Positions 7,563 through 16,231 of a stretch of DNA of 64,000 nt are shown in pieces. The notes beneath the pieces were generated by a model that was not told where the DNA came from, ran no database searches, and saw only the letters and a list, made by a program, of their open reading frames with translations. Position 1 is the first letter of the stretch. Each line of letters opens with the position of its first letter. This DNA comes from Verrucomicrobiota bacterium. Lineage in GTDB: Bacteria > Verrucomicrobiota > Verrucomicrobiia > Limisphaerales > UBA8199. The stretch is taken from the NCBI GenBank assembly GCA_029974925.1, contig JARKQH010000093.1:8975-72974 (forward strand), written 5' to 3'. A program made the translations under genes and the position numbers.

Positions 7563-7772
7563 TCAAATCCGGGTGCGAATGCCACAGGCGCGCAAAAGGC
7601 ACCAGCCGCGCGCGGCCTCATACAAGATAAATCCTCCGGCCGACACCAGCCCGACACACCACCACTGCCCCTCCTGCGACACCAGCAGACCGGTAACAAT
7701 CAAAGCCGTGCCTCCCAGAGCCCGAACCAGCCGCCCGCGAGGATCAAGATTTCGTGAAAAGAATCTTTTCAT
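7563..7772 (-). CDS. DUF2892 (YgaP-like) small membrane protein
   Basis: The internal Met gives a 69-aa product, MKRFFSRNLDPRGRLVRALGGTALIVTGLL...GGFILYEAARGWCLLRACGIRT. It has two hydrophobic helices and the C-terminal GWC...C pattern typical of DUF2892. The longer ORF start (7856) would overlap the neighbouring gene. Confidence 0.65.
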   Translation of the reverse strand: MKRFFSRNLDPRGRLVRALGGTALIVTGLLVSQEGQWWCVGLVSAGGFILYEAARGWCLLRACGIRTRI

Positions 7773-7846
7773 GCCGACATGTAGCACAGCATTGCTGAAT
7801 CGCCAAAGCGGGCGCCGCTCATCAATCGTCAAGCACAGCAGCCTCC

Positions 7847-8317
7847 ATGCACACATTCAGCCTGCGGACTGACCTCTGGCTGCCAAGGCCCATCCAGGAA
7901 GTATTCCGGTTCTTCGCGGACGCCGGCAATCTGCAAACGATCACACCGCCCTGGCTGAGCTTCGAGATTCTGACTCCCCTGCCCATCCTGATGCGGCCCG
8001 GGGCGGTGATAGATTATCGGCTGCGCCTGCACGGATTTCCGATTCGGTGGCAGACGGAAATCACCTCCTGGGAACCCCCATTCCGGTTCGTGGACGAACA
8101 ACGGCGCGGCCCTTATCTTTTGTGGATTCACGAACATCGCTTTGAGCCTCTCGACGGCGGCACCCGTGTCGAGGATTACGTCAGGTATCGGCCGCCCGGC
8201 GGCTGGCTGGTCGAGCGATTGTTCGTCCGGCGGGATGTGACCCGGATTTTTGCGTTCCGCCGGCAAAAGCTTCAGGAACTGTTCGCGGACAGCTCGAGCG
8301 AGAAACCCACGGCCTAA
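7847..8317 (+). CDS. SRPBCC (cyclase/dehydrase-like) family protein
   Basis: 156 aa. MHTFSLRTDLWLPRPIQEVFRFFADAGNLQTITPPWL...IDYRLRLHGFPIRWQTEIT matches the SRPBCC ligand-binding fold family pattern. Confidence 0.7.
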   Translation: MHTFSLRTDLWLPRPIQEVFRFFADAGNLQTITPPWLSFEILTPLPILMRPGAVIDYRLRLHGFPIRWQTEITSWEPPFRFVDEQRRGPYLLWIHEHRFEPLDGGTRVEDYVRYRPPGGWLVERLFVRRDVTRIFAFRRQKLQELFADSSSEKPTA

Positions 8318-8357
8318 GCGAGACCGCGCCGGACGGGGCGAATGGTCCCCCCCGCCG

Positions 8358-9749
8358 CTAGCCGAGTTTGGGCACTACGGTCGTGTAGGTCAGCGGCGGC
8401 ACCACGCGCCCGTCCCCGGTGGTGACTTTGCGCGCCTTTTCGTCGTAGAACAACGCCAGACCGAGCCGCTCGGACATTTCGGCCAGGCACAAAACCACGT
8501 GGGAGCGGAAGGCCAGGTCCACGTTGGCGATGGGCGTCTGACCCGAGCGGATGCAGTCGAAGAAGTGCTTCTCCAGGACTTCAATCCGTTCGGTCGGGCG
8601 CGGATCCGAGAATGTGTCGGCATCAATCTCCTCGCTGAAGATGGACTCGGGTTTGAGCTCGACCTTGTTGCCCTGGGAGGCAAAGTAGAGAGTGGCCTGA
8701 CGGCCGCGCAGCATCTCGGGAAGCCCCACCTGGTTGACCGTCGAGCCGGCGACCACCAGCGTCAAGCCACTGGGAAACTCCGCCAGCAGATGGGTGGTGT
8801 CCGTAATCTCGCGGTCGGTGGACACCTTCCGCGTCCCGGTGCAGACGACCCGCCGGGGGAATTCCGGGTTGCCGCTGGCCAACATGAGCGGAATGAAGCG
8901 GTGGGGCAGCAAGTTGCCGATGATGCCGGAGTTGTAGGCATAGAACTTGTGCCAACTGAAAAAGTGGTTCGGGTTGAATGGAATCTTTGGCGCGCGGCCC
9001 AGCCAGCGGTACCAATCCAGGTTTTGTTCGTTGGCGGTCGGGTCCACCGGGTAGGTCCACTCGCTGTTTTTCGGATTGTTGCGGCAATAAGAGCCCTGGC
9101 CCCAGACCAGCGGCCCCAGCTTGCCCGCCTTGACCCATTCGGCCGCCTTGTGCCATTTGGGGTCCATCGAGCCCTGCGACCCGATCACGTAAACCTTCCC
9201 GGTCCGCTTGATCGTGTCATAAACTTCAAAGGCCTCCTCCAAATACCGCGTCATCGGTTTTTCGCAGAAGACATGCTTGCCCGCCTCGGCTGCGTCAATG
9301 CTGACTTGGGCATGCCAGTTGTCCACCGTGGAAATCACCACCGCGTCAATGTCCTTGCGCTCCAGCATCTTGCGGTGGTCGCGGTAGGCATCGGCGTCTT
9401 TCAAGCCCACGTAAGCCTGCGCCTCCTGCAGATTCTTCTGATACAAATCGCATACCGCCACCTGCGCAATGTTGTTGTCGGCGGCAAATTTTTTCTGCAG
9501 CCGGATATGGGTCATCCCCTGTTTTCCCGTGCCGACATAGGCCACGTTGATGCGGTCGTTGGCGCCAAGCACCCGGCCGGGGCTGGGGGCCTGGTTCTGG
9601 CCGTAAACGGGGGCGCGCAGCCAGGCGCCGGCCCCGACGGCGGCCGCCGCGGTGGCGGCCTGACGGAGAAAATCGCGCCGGGTGCTTGCCGGAGGACTTT
9701 TGTGGCTCGAATGATCTTTCATAGGTTGCGAAGTCATCGCTGCGTTCAA
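8358..9749 (-). CDS. Gfo/Idh/MocA-family oxidoreductase with Tat signal
   Basis: 463 aa. Twin-arginine signal STRRDFLRQAATAAAAVGAGA, Rossmann motif INVAYVGTGKQG, and CEKP in HVFCEKPM, typical of the family. Confidence 0.85.
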   Translation of the reverse strand: MNAAMTSQPMKDHSSHKSPPASTRRDFLRQAATAAAAVGAGAWLRAPVYGQNQAPSPGRVLGANDRINVAYVGTGKQGMTHIRLQKKFAADNNIAQVAVCDLYQKNLQEAQAYVGLKDADAYRDHRKMLERKDIDAVVISTVDNWHAQVSIDAAEAGKHVFCEKPMTRYLEEAFEVYDTIKRTGKVYVIGSQGSMDPKWHKAAEWVKAGKLGPLVWGQGSYCRNNPKNSEWTYPVDPTANEQNLDWYRWLGRAPKIPFNPNHFFSWHKFYAYNSGIIGNLLPHRFIPLMLASGNPEFPRRVVCTGTRKVSTDREITDTTHLLAEFPSGLTLVVAGSTVNQVGLPEMLRGRQATLYFASQGNKVELKPESIFSEEIDADTFSDPRPTERIEVLEKHFFDCIRSGQTPIANVDLAFRSHVVLCLAEMSERLGLALFYDEKARKVTTGDGRVVPPLTYTTVVPKLG

Positions 9750-9881
9750 TTAGACAATCGTTACAAGAAACCAGACGAACAATCAACGACCGGATTCAAA
9801 GGATCGGCGTGACGCCCTTGATTGGTCTTCGCTTTCCCCGGGCCCGGCCCGGGCGCGGCCTGAGCGCAGGTCACTGCCGAC

Positions 9882-11843
9882 TTAAGCGGCGGGATTGGGT
9901 TTCGCTGCGACTCCTTGCGCGGCCTCGGGTGAGAAGTGCAGTTTGCCTTTGCGGTAATCGTCCATCCGCCAGCGCAGGAAAGGTGTGCTGCGCGCGGTGG
10001 TGCCCTTGTTTCGCATCGGCCAGTAGCGCCGGAAATCCTCGTCCAGCCGCTCCAGCTCGCGGAGGCCCGCCCGCGCCAGTTTCCTCGCCGACGCGGCCTC
10101 ACCCACGGCCAAGGCCTGCTGCCACAGCATGATTCGGCATGATTCGAGCGCCATCCGCGACGCCAGTTCGAGTTCCCGGACCAGCATCGCTCCCGCCGGA
10201 CTCGAAGGACGCGCCCGGCTCAACACCGCGCGCTGTTTATTCAGTTCGTCCCGGGCAGCACAAATCCGGTCGGCGGGAATCCGGGCATAGAGCTTGAGCC
10301 CGTCACGGCACATCAACTCCCGCGTGCGCGGCAGCGGGGCCGCGATCACGGTTCCGAAGGGGGTGATGTTCGGCGAAAAGTACTGAAACTTGCGATGGGC
10401 AAAACCCATGGCCAGCGCGGCGCGCACGGCGTTTTGGGTCGGATCCTCAAACACGTCCCGGCTCAGGACGGGGACCAGCAGGGCCTCGTCGAACGAACGC
10501 AGGCACCAGCTTACCGACGCCCCCACCAGGTACGGCAGGTAACTCACCGCCAGCGGCTGCGGATGCCCGCCGTCCCCCCAATCGGTGTTCAAATAGCCCC
10601 CTGCCCCGTGCTTCAGCCCCGCTTCGGCTCCGCGGCGGAGGTTGACAAAACCGTTGTCGTGGCGCCCGATGAGCGTCATCCAGGTCGAGGTGCCGGGACA
10701 CACATAGAAGGGCATCCGCGATTGGGCGAACAGCCCGGCCTCCTTTTCAAACGGGTGATTGGCTTCGTAGCCCCAATTCAAAGCGATGATGTCTTTCGGC
10801 AACTGCGGCAACAGCTCCGGATGATTCATGATGATATCTCCCCAAAACATCATCTGGCGGTTGCGCGAGGTGACTTCCCGGTGAATCTCGAGAAGAAAAT
10901 CAACATAGACCTGCCCTTTGCCGCGCCGCTCGCACCAGGCCTTGCTCTGGCCGCGGCCCAGGTCCCAGGTCTCGTCGCATCCCACATTGAACCGGCCGCT
11001 GGTGAAGTGCGGCAGCAGCTCGTCGTAGAGCTCGCGGATGAAAGGCAGGGTGCCGGGGTGCCGCGGCGCCAGGGTGCTGGGATAACGCAGGAACGTGCCC
11101 CCCGTCCCCTCGTAGGGTTCGCTCACCTCCGCCAATTTCCTGAGCGGCGGATACTCCAGCCAGTAGCGCAGATGCCCGAACGAGTTTTGATTCGGCACCA
11201 GGTCAATACCCAGCTCGCGGCACCGCGCATCCAGGCGAAGAATCTCCTCGCCGGTCAGCGCGCCCCACTCGCGCCACACCGGCTCGTAATTCCGGTAGGC
11301 GAAGGTGTGTTCGGTGTAAAGCTGCAGCTCGTTGATTTTGAAACGCGCCAGGTGCTCCGCCAGTTCCATCAACGTCTCGAGCTTGGGCACGCGGCCCCGG
11401 GATATGTCCAGCATCACTCCCCGCCGGGGGAAATCCGGATGGTCGTCAATCCGCAGGCGGGGCAGCCTGCGTCCATATTGGCGCAGCAACTGGCGCAAAG
11501 TGGCCACCCCCGCCCGCAACCCGGCGGGGTCGCGGAACAACAACGTGACGCCCTGGCCCCCGACCTCGAGCCGGTAGCCCTCGGGCGGCGCGGGCGCTTG
11601 CCGGCTCTGAATCGCCCGAATCGCCAGTTGCGGATGCTGCTCCGGGCCGGTCACCAACTGCAAATCCACCCCCACGGCCCGCGCCTCCGCTGCCAGGCGG
11701 CTTGCCAGCGGAAGCATCAACGTGTCCCGCGGCAGCGACGCGGGTAAATGCAAAACCGCCTGCCGGGCCAGCTCGAAAACGCCAGGCATGGTTTTCAACT
11801 TGCGTGGGAACGGCAGAAGCTGCGGAGCGGCAGGACGTCTCAT
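9882..11843 (-). CDS. glycoside hydrolase family 20-like (beta-N-acetylhexosaminidase-like)
   Basis: 653 aa. DHPDFPRRGVMLDISRGRVPKLETLMELAEHLARFKINELQLYTEHTF matches the GH20 TIM-barrel start. NVGCDETWDLG matches the catalytic D-E pair. The start may be the internal MPGVFEL. Confidence 0.75.
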   Translation of the reverse strand: MRRPAAPQLLPFPRKLKTMPGVFELARQAVLHLPASLPRDTLMLPLASRLAAEARAVGVDLQLVTGPEQHPQLAIRAIQSRQAPAPPEGYRLEVGGQGVTLLFRDPAGLRAGVATLRQLLRQYGRRLPRLRIDDHPDFPRRGVMLDISRGRVPKLETLMELAEHLARFKINELQLYTEHTFAYRNYEPVWREWGALTGEEILRLDARCRELGIDLVPNQNSFGHLRYWLEYPPLRKLAEVSEPYEGTGGTFLRYPSTLAPRHPGTLPFIRELYDELLPHFTSGRFNVGCDETWDLGRGQSKAWCERRGKGQVYVDFLLEIHREVTSRNRQMMFWGDIIMNHPELLPQLPKDIIALNWGYEANHPFEKEAGLFAQSRMPFYVCPGTSTWMTLIGRHDNGFVNLRRGAEAGLKHGAGGYLNTDWGDGGHPQPLAVSYLPYLVGASVSWCLRSFDEALLVPVLSRDVFEDPTQNAVRAALAMGFAHRKFQYFSPNITPFGTVIAAPLPRTRELMCRDGLKLYARIPADRICAARDELNKQRAVLSRARPSSPAGAMLVRELELASRMALESCRIMLWQQALAVGEAASARKLARAGLRELERLDEDFRRYWPMRNKGTTARSTPFLRWRMDDYRKGKLHFSPEAAQGVAAKPNPAA

Positions 11844-12208
11844 AAGCGTAATCTATTTGCGGGGCCACGGTAAACTTGACACCCGCCCCGGCGCAATCCG
11901 AAATCCGGCCCCCCTGCCGCCTCAGCAGCCCTGCCCCGCCGCCTCCACCGGAAAACGATCTCACGCAAAGTTCGTCACGACGACCCGGAGCTCGAAACCT
12001 TCCATTCTCCATCCTCCCAACCGCCCGCCCACGCCAACACGGCGATGGAAACCCGGGCCCAAGGTGGCCCCCGGGGTTGTGGCGGGTCCGGGGCCCCGGA
12101 GAATCCCCCCGCCGCAGTGCGGCTGCCCTTCCCGAACACCCCCTCGGCTTGGTCTCCAGGCTTCCGTGCGGCTTTCGTACCGGCGCCCAAAAAGTCCAAG
12201 AATAAGTT

Positions 12209-12236
12209 TTGACTCGCTGAGGGGTTAGGCTATGCT
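12209..12236 (+). promoter_or_regulatory. candidate sigma-70 promoter for pgk
   Basis: TTGACT (12209-12214), a 16-nt spacer, then TATGCT (12231-12236), about 30 nt upstream of the pgk ATG at 12268. This argues against the ORF-track start at 12232. Confidence 0.4.
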
Positions 12237-12267
12237 GCTGCGCTCTAATTTTGGGACCGAATTGTAT

Positions 12268-13524
12268 ATGGCCAAGCTAACAGTCAAAGATTTGAATGTG
12301 CGCGGAAAGCGCGTGTTTGTGCGCGTGGACTACAACGTCCCGCTCGAAGAAAAAGACGGGCAGATGGTGATTACCGATGCCACGCGGATTGTGGAGACGT
12401 TGCCGACCCTGCGATTGCTGCTCGAACAGGGCGGCAAGCTCATTCTGGCGGCCCACCTGGGCCGTCCGAAGGGCAAGCGCGAACCTTCGATGTCGCTGCG
12501 GCCGGTCGCCGCCAAACTGGCCGACCTGCTCGGGCGCCCGGTCGCGTTTGTGGACGATTGCATTGGGGAGAAAGTGGAAAACACCGTCGGGCAGATGCAA
12601 CCGGGCGATGTGGTGCTGCTCGAGAACGTCCGTTTTTACAGCGAGGAGGAGGCCAATGACCCGGCCTTCGCGGCGAAGCTGGCGAAAGTCGCCGACGTCT
12701 ATGTGAACGACGCTTTCGGGTCCGCGCATCGCGCCCATGCCTCGACGGAGGGGGTGGCCCGGATCGTCGCCAGCCGCGGCGGCCAGTGCGCCGCCGGCCT
12801 GCTCATGGAACGCGAGTTGAAGTTCCTGGGCGAGGAGCTGGAATCCCCGGCCCGGCCCTTCGTCGTGATTCTCGGCGGGGCGAAGGTTTCGGACAAGATT
12901 CTGGTCATCGACCGCCTGCTCGAGAAAGCGAACACGATTTTGGTTGGCGGAGCGATGGCCTACACCTTCCGGCTCGCGCAAGGGTACCAGACCGGCAAAT
13001 CCCTCACCGAACCCGACAAGACCGACGTTGCCAAGGCGGCCCTGGCCAAGGCGCAGCAGCGCGGCGTCAAGTTTTTGCTGCCGGTGGACGACGTGGTGGC
13101 CGTGCCGGTGAAAACCGACAAGCTGGACAAGAAAGGCAAGCCGGTCATTGATTATCAGCAGGTGCGGGTCAACGCGGACCTGAATTGTCCGCCGGACGCC
13201 GCGGGCCTGGACATCGGTCCCGCGACGGTGAAAGCCTACGCGGCGGAAATCGCCACCGCCAAGACCATTCTGTGGAACGGCCCGATGGGCCTGTTCGAGG
13301 ACAAGCGCTTCGCCGAAGGGACCCAGGCCATCGCCCGCGCGGTGGCCGAAGTGACCCAAAAGCACGGCGCCAAGAGCATCATTGGTGGCGGAGACAGCGT
13401 CAAGGCGCTCAACAAGGCCGGGCTGGGCGCCCAAGTGACCTTTATGAGCACCGGCGGCGGGGCGAGCCTGGAATTCCTCGAGGGCAAGGTTCTTCCTGGC
13501 GTCGCAGCCCTGACCGACAAGTAA
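12268..13524 (+). CDS. pgk: phosphoglycerate kinase
   Basis: MAKLTVKDLNVRGKRVFVRVDYNVP..., AHLGRPKG, NDAFGSAHRAHAST and STGGGASLEFLEGK are canonical Pgk motifs along the full length. Confidence 0.95.
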   Translation: MAKLTVKDLNVRGKRVFVRVDYNVPLEEKDGQMVITDATRIVETLPTLRLLLEQGGKLILAAHLGRPKGKREPSMSLRPVAAKLADLLGRPVAFVDDCIGEKVENTVGQMQPGDVVLLENVRFYSEEEANDPAFAAKLAKVADVYVNDAFGSAHRAHASTEGVARIVASRGGQCAAGLLMERELKFLGEELESPARPFVVILGGAKVSDKILVIDRLLEKANTILVGGAMAYTFRLAQGYQTGKSLTEPDKTDVAKAALAKAQQRGVKFLLPVDDVVAVPVKTDKLDKKGKPVIDYQQVRVNADLNCPPDAAGLDIGPATVKAYAAEIATAKTILWNGPMGLFEDKRFAEGTQAIARAVAEVTQKHGAKSIIGGGDSVKALNKAGLGAQVTFMSTGGGASLEFLEGKVLPGVAALTDK

Positions 13525-13603
13525 TTGCTTTTTGACCGAGACTCCCGCAGCTCCGGGGCGGCCGGCCGGCCGCCCGGCGCGGAGAGCGGATGGAATTTGA
13601 AAA

Positions 13604-14368
13604 ATGAATAAAGAACGGAAACTGATTATTGCCGGAAACTGGAAAATGAACAAAACGGTCGCCGAGGCTCTGGACTTGGTGCGCGACCTGAAGCTTGAAC
13701 TGGCCAGTGTCAAGGAGGTGGACATTGTGGTTTGCCCGCCCTTCACGGCCCTCAGCGAGGTGTCGAAGGCCATCCTGGATTCGAACATTCGGCTCGGCGC
13801 CCAGAACATGAGCGAGCACAACGTCGGCGCCTACACGGGCGAAATCGCGGCCGTCATGCTGAAGGAATTCTCCGTCCGCTACGTCATTCTCGGCCACTCC
13901 GAGCGCCGCCAGTACCAAAAGGAATCCAACGAGCTCATCGCCAGGAAGGCCGCCGCCGCCCATGCGGCCTCGCTCAAGCCGATTGTCTGTGTGGGAGAAA
14001 CCCTTGCCGAGCGCGAGAGCGGCCAGACCGAGAAAGTGCTCGAGACGCAGGTCCGCGGCAGTCTGGCGGGCCTGACCAAGGACCAGATGGTGGAAACCAT
14101 CCTCGCCTACGAGCCCGTCTGGGCGATTGGCACCGGCAAAACGGCCACCAGCGCCCAGGCGCAGGAGGCCCACGCCTTCATCCGCCGCCTGCTGGCGGCC
14201 CTGTTTGACGACACGGTCGCCCGCCGTGTCCGGATTCAATATGGCGGCAGCGTCAAGCCGTCCAATGCGCGGGAATTGATGAGTCAGCCGGACGTGGACG
14301 GCGCCCTGGTGGGCGGCGCATCGCTTGAAGCGCGCAGTTTCGCGGACATCGTCAAAAACTCGATCTAA
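13604..14368 (+). CDS. tpiA: triosephosphate isomerase
   Basis: 254 aa with LIIAGNWKMN, ILGHSERR, AYEPVWAIGTGKTAT and YGGSVKPSN. Confidence 0.95.
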   Translation: MNKERKLIIAGNWKMNKTVAEALDLVRDLKLELASVKEVDIVVCPPFTALSEVSKAILDSNIRLGAQNMSEHNVGAYTGEIAAVMLKEFSVRYVILGHSERRQYQKESNELIARKAAAAHAASLKPIVCVGETLAERESGQTEKVLETQVRGSLAGLTKDQMVETILAYEPVWAIGTGKTATSAQAQEAHAFIRRLLAALFDDTVARRVRIQYGGSVKPSNARELMSQPDVDGALVGGASLEARSFADIVKNSI

Positions 14369-14375
14369 CAATCTT

Positions 14376-14855
14376 ATGGGTTTCATTATTGGTATATTGA
14401 CCTTTCTGCTGCTGTTGGACTGCGCGGCGCTCATCTTCCTGGTCCTCATCCAGCTTCCCAAGAAGGAAGCCGGCGCGGGCCTGGCCTTTGGCGGCGCGGC
14501 GACCGACGCGCTGTTTGGCGCCGGCTCGGGCACCGTGCTGACCAAGATCACGAAATATGCCGCCGGCACATTCTTCGTGATCGCCATTCTTTTGGCCTTG
14601 CTGCAAAGCCGCCGCACGACGAGCGATTTCGAGCGCCGTTTGCAGGAGGCGGGAAGTGGCCCGGCCGCCACCGCGCCGGCCTCGCCAGCGCCCTCCACCG
14701 TCCCCGCCCCCGGTCCCGCCGAGGCCCCGACGCCGACGCCGACCGTGGCGCCGACGAATCTTCCGGCCGCGCCCGCCGCGCCGGTTGCTCCCGCGACCAA
14801 CATCCCCGTGGCCCCGCCGCCCGCCAACAGCGGGCAGCCGGCCCAGCCCAAGTAA
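14376..14855 (+). CDS. secG: preprotein translocase subunit SecG with long Pro/Ala-rich C-terminal tail
   Basis: MGFIIGILTFLLLLDCAALIFLVLIQLPKKEAGAGLAFGG... is the SecG core, in the conserved position after tpiA. The last ~75 aa are a PA-rich low-complexity tail. Confidence 0.8.
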   Translation: MGFIIGILTFLLLLDCAALIFLVLIQLPKKEAGAGLAFGGAATDALFGAGSGTVLTKITKYAAGTFFVIAILLALLQSRRTTSDFERRLQEAGSGPAATAPASPAPSTVPAPGPAEAPTPTPTVAPTNLPAAPAAPVAPATNIPVAPPPANSGQPAQPK

Positions 14856-14878
14856 CCGCACAGGACGTTTCACAGGAG

Positions 14879-14918
14879 GCGCTCTCCGAAAAGCCGCGGA
14901 GAGCGCTTCCTCTGTTTT
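14879..14918 (+). terminator. rho-independent terminator after secG
   Basis: GCGCTCTCCG (14879-14888), loop aaaagccg, CGGAGAGCGC (14897-14906), followed by TTCCTCTGTTTT. Confidence 0.65.
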
Positions 14919-15058
14919 CAGGCCCCCTGGCGCGAGCGCGGCTGGCAGCGCCCGCGACGGCTTCGGGTGCCGGGCGTTCAACCGCCTGCTTGCCGGGGAA
15001 CAAAGTCCATAAAAAGACTTGAAGTGGAGGTTAAGTTTCTGCGATAAGCTGACCCGCA

Positions 15059-16228
15059 ATGCGCAACCAGAAAACCGCAGGGTTCAGCACCCGTGGGGTG
15101 CATGGCGGGCGAGGCTTCTCCGGGACGACCGGGGCGGTGATGCCCCCCGTGTATCTCACCTCGACCTTTGAATCCGGCAATCCCGACGGTTTCGACTACA
15201 CGCGGTCGGGCAACCCGAACTTTCGGCTGTTGCAGGAGAGTGTGGCGGCGCTGGAGGGGGCGCGGCATGCGACCTGTTTCGCCAGCGGAGTGTCGGCCAT
15301 CACGGCGGTCGTTTCGACGTTGCGGAGCGGGGACCTGGTGCTGGCGGAGGAGAACCTGTACGGATGCACCTACCGCCTTTTTGAGCGGGTTTTCGCCAAA
15401 TTTGGTCTCCGGACGCAGTACCTGGACCTGAGTCAGACAGCCAACTGGGAAGCGATTCCGCGCCTGCGTCCGGCCTTGATCTGGCTGGAAAGCCCGACCA
15501 ACCCGCTGCTCAAGATATTGGACATCGAGGGCATCAGCCGCGCGGGCGCGGCCGCCGGGGCGCCGGTGCTTGTGGACAACACTTTCGCGTCGCCCTATCT
15601 CCAGCGTCCGCTCGAGCTGGGGGCGACATTGTCCCTCTCGTCAACGACGAAGTATATCAATGGCCACAGTGACTGCCTTGGCGGCGTGGTGGCCACCAAT
15701 GACGCCGAGTGGCAGGAGAAGATGATTTTCGCCCAGAAAGCCCTCGGGCTGCAACCCTCGCCCTTTGACGCGTGGCTGACGACCCGGGGCCAGCGCACCC
15801 TGGCGTTGCGCATGGAGCGGCATTGCAGCAACGCCCTCGAGCTGGCCTGTTGGCTGGAAAAACAACCGGGCGTGCGGCTGGTGCGCCATCCATTCCTGCG
15901 CAGTCATCCTCAATACGAGCTGGCCAAACGCCAGATGAGGGGCGGCTCGGGGCTGATTGTCATTGAATTGGATTGCTCCGCCGAGGCCGCCCTGGTTTTT
16001 TGCCGCCGCCTGCGCCTGTTCACCCTGGCTGAGAGCCTCGGAGGGGTCGAGAGTCTCGTGTGCCATCCGGCCACCATGACCCATGCCTCCGTGCCAGCCG
16101 AGGTGCGGCGCAAAGTGGGCATTGGAGATGGACTGCTGCGCCTGTCGGTGGGCGTCGAAGACGTCGAAGACCTGCGCAGCGACCTGGAGGAGGCGCTCCA
16201 GGCTGTTTTGCAGCGTTCGGAGTCTTAA
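15059..16228 (+). CDS. Cys/Met-metabolism PLP-dependent enzyme (cystathionine gamma-synthase/beta-lyase family)
   Basis: 389 aa with YTRSGNPN, DNTFASPYLQRPLELGA, SSTTKYINGHSD (PLP lysine) and ESLGGVESL. Confidence 0.85.
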   Translation: MRNQKTAGFSTRGVHGGRGFSGTTGAVMPPVYLTSTFESGNPDGFDYTRSGNPNFRLLQESVAALEGARHATCFASGVSAITAVVSTLRSGDLVLAEENLYGCTYRLFERVFAKFGLRTQYLDLSQTANWEAIPRLRPALIWLESPTNPLLKILDIEGISRAGAAAGAPVLVDNTFASPYLQRPLELGATLSLSSTTKYINGHSDCLGGVVATNDAEWQEKMIFAQKALGLQPSPFDAWLTTRGQRTLALRMERHCSNALELACWLEKQPGVRLVRHPFLRSHPQYELAKRQMRGGSGLIVIELDCSAEAALVFCRRLRLFTLAESLGGVESLVCHPATMTHASVPAEVRRKVGIGDGLLRLSVGVEDVEDLRSDLEEALQAVLQRSES

Positions 16229-16231
16229 ACC

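Noticed and set aside
7541-7575. tRNA-like T-loop string GACCGATTCAAATCCGGGTGCGAATGCCA
   Set aside because: No acceptor, D or anticodon arms can be drawn around it. It lies at the 3' end of the DUF2892 coding sequence (...ACGIRTRI*).
11844-12208. 365-bp GC-rich gap between the GH20-like gene and pgk, with GC hairpins (e.g. ACCCGGGCC...GGCCCCCGGGGT)
   Set aside because: ORFs there (109 aa plus strand, 188 aa minus strand) are Pro/Arg/Gly-rich with no motifs, and no RNA family was recognised. It is probably a long untranslated/promoter region but remains unexplained.
14919-15058. Possible SAM-type riboswitch in the 140-nt leader of the Cys/Met PLP gene pair
   Set aside because: Only a small AAGTC...GACTT hairpin and a GGAGG Shine-Dalgarno sequence are visible. 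I could not recognise SAM-I, SAM-II or SAM/SAH consensus elements. An Rfam scan is needed before any claim.
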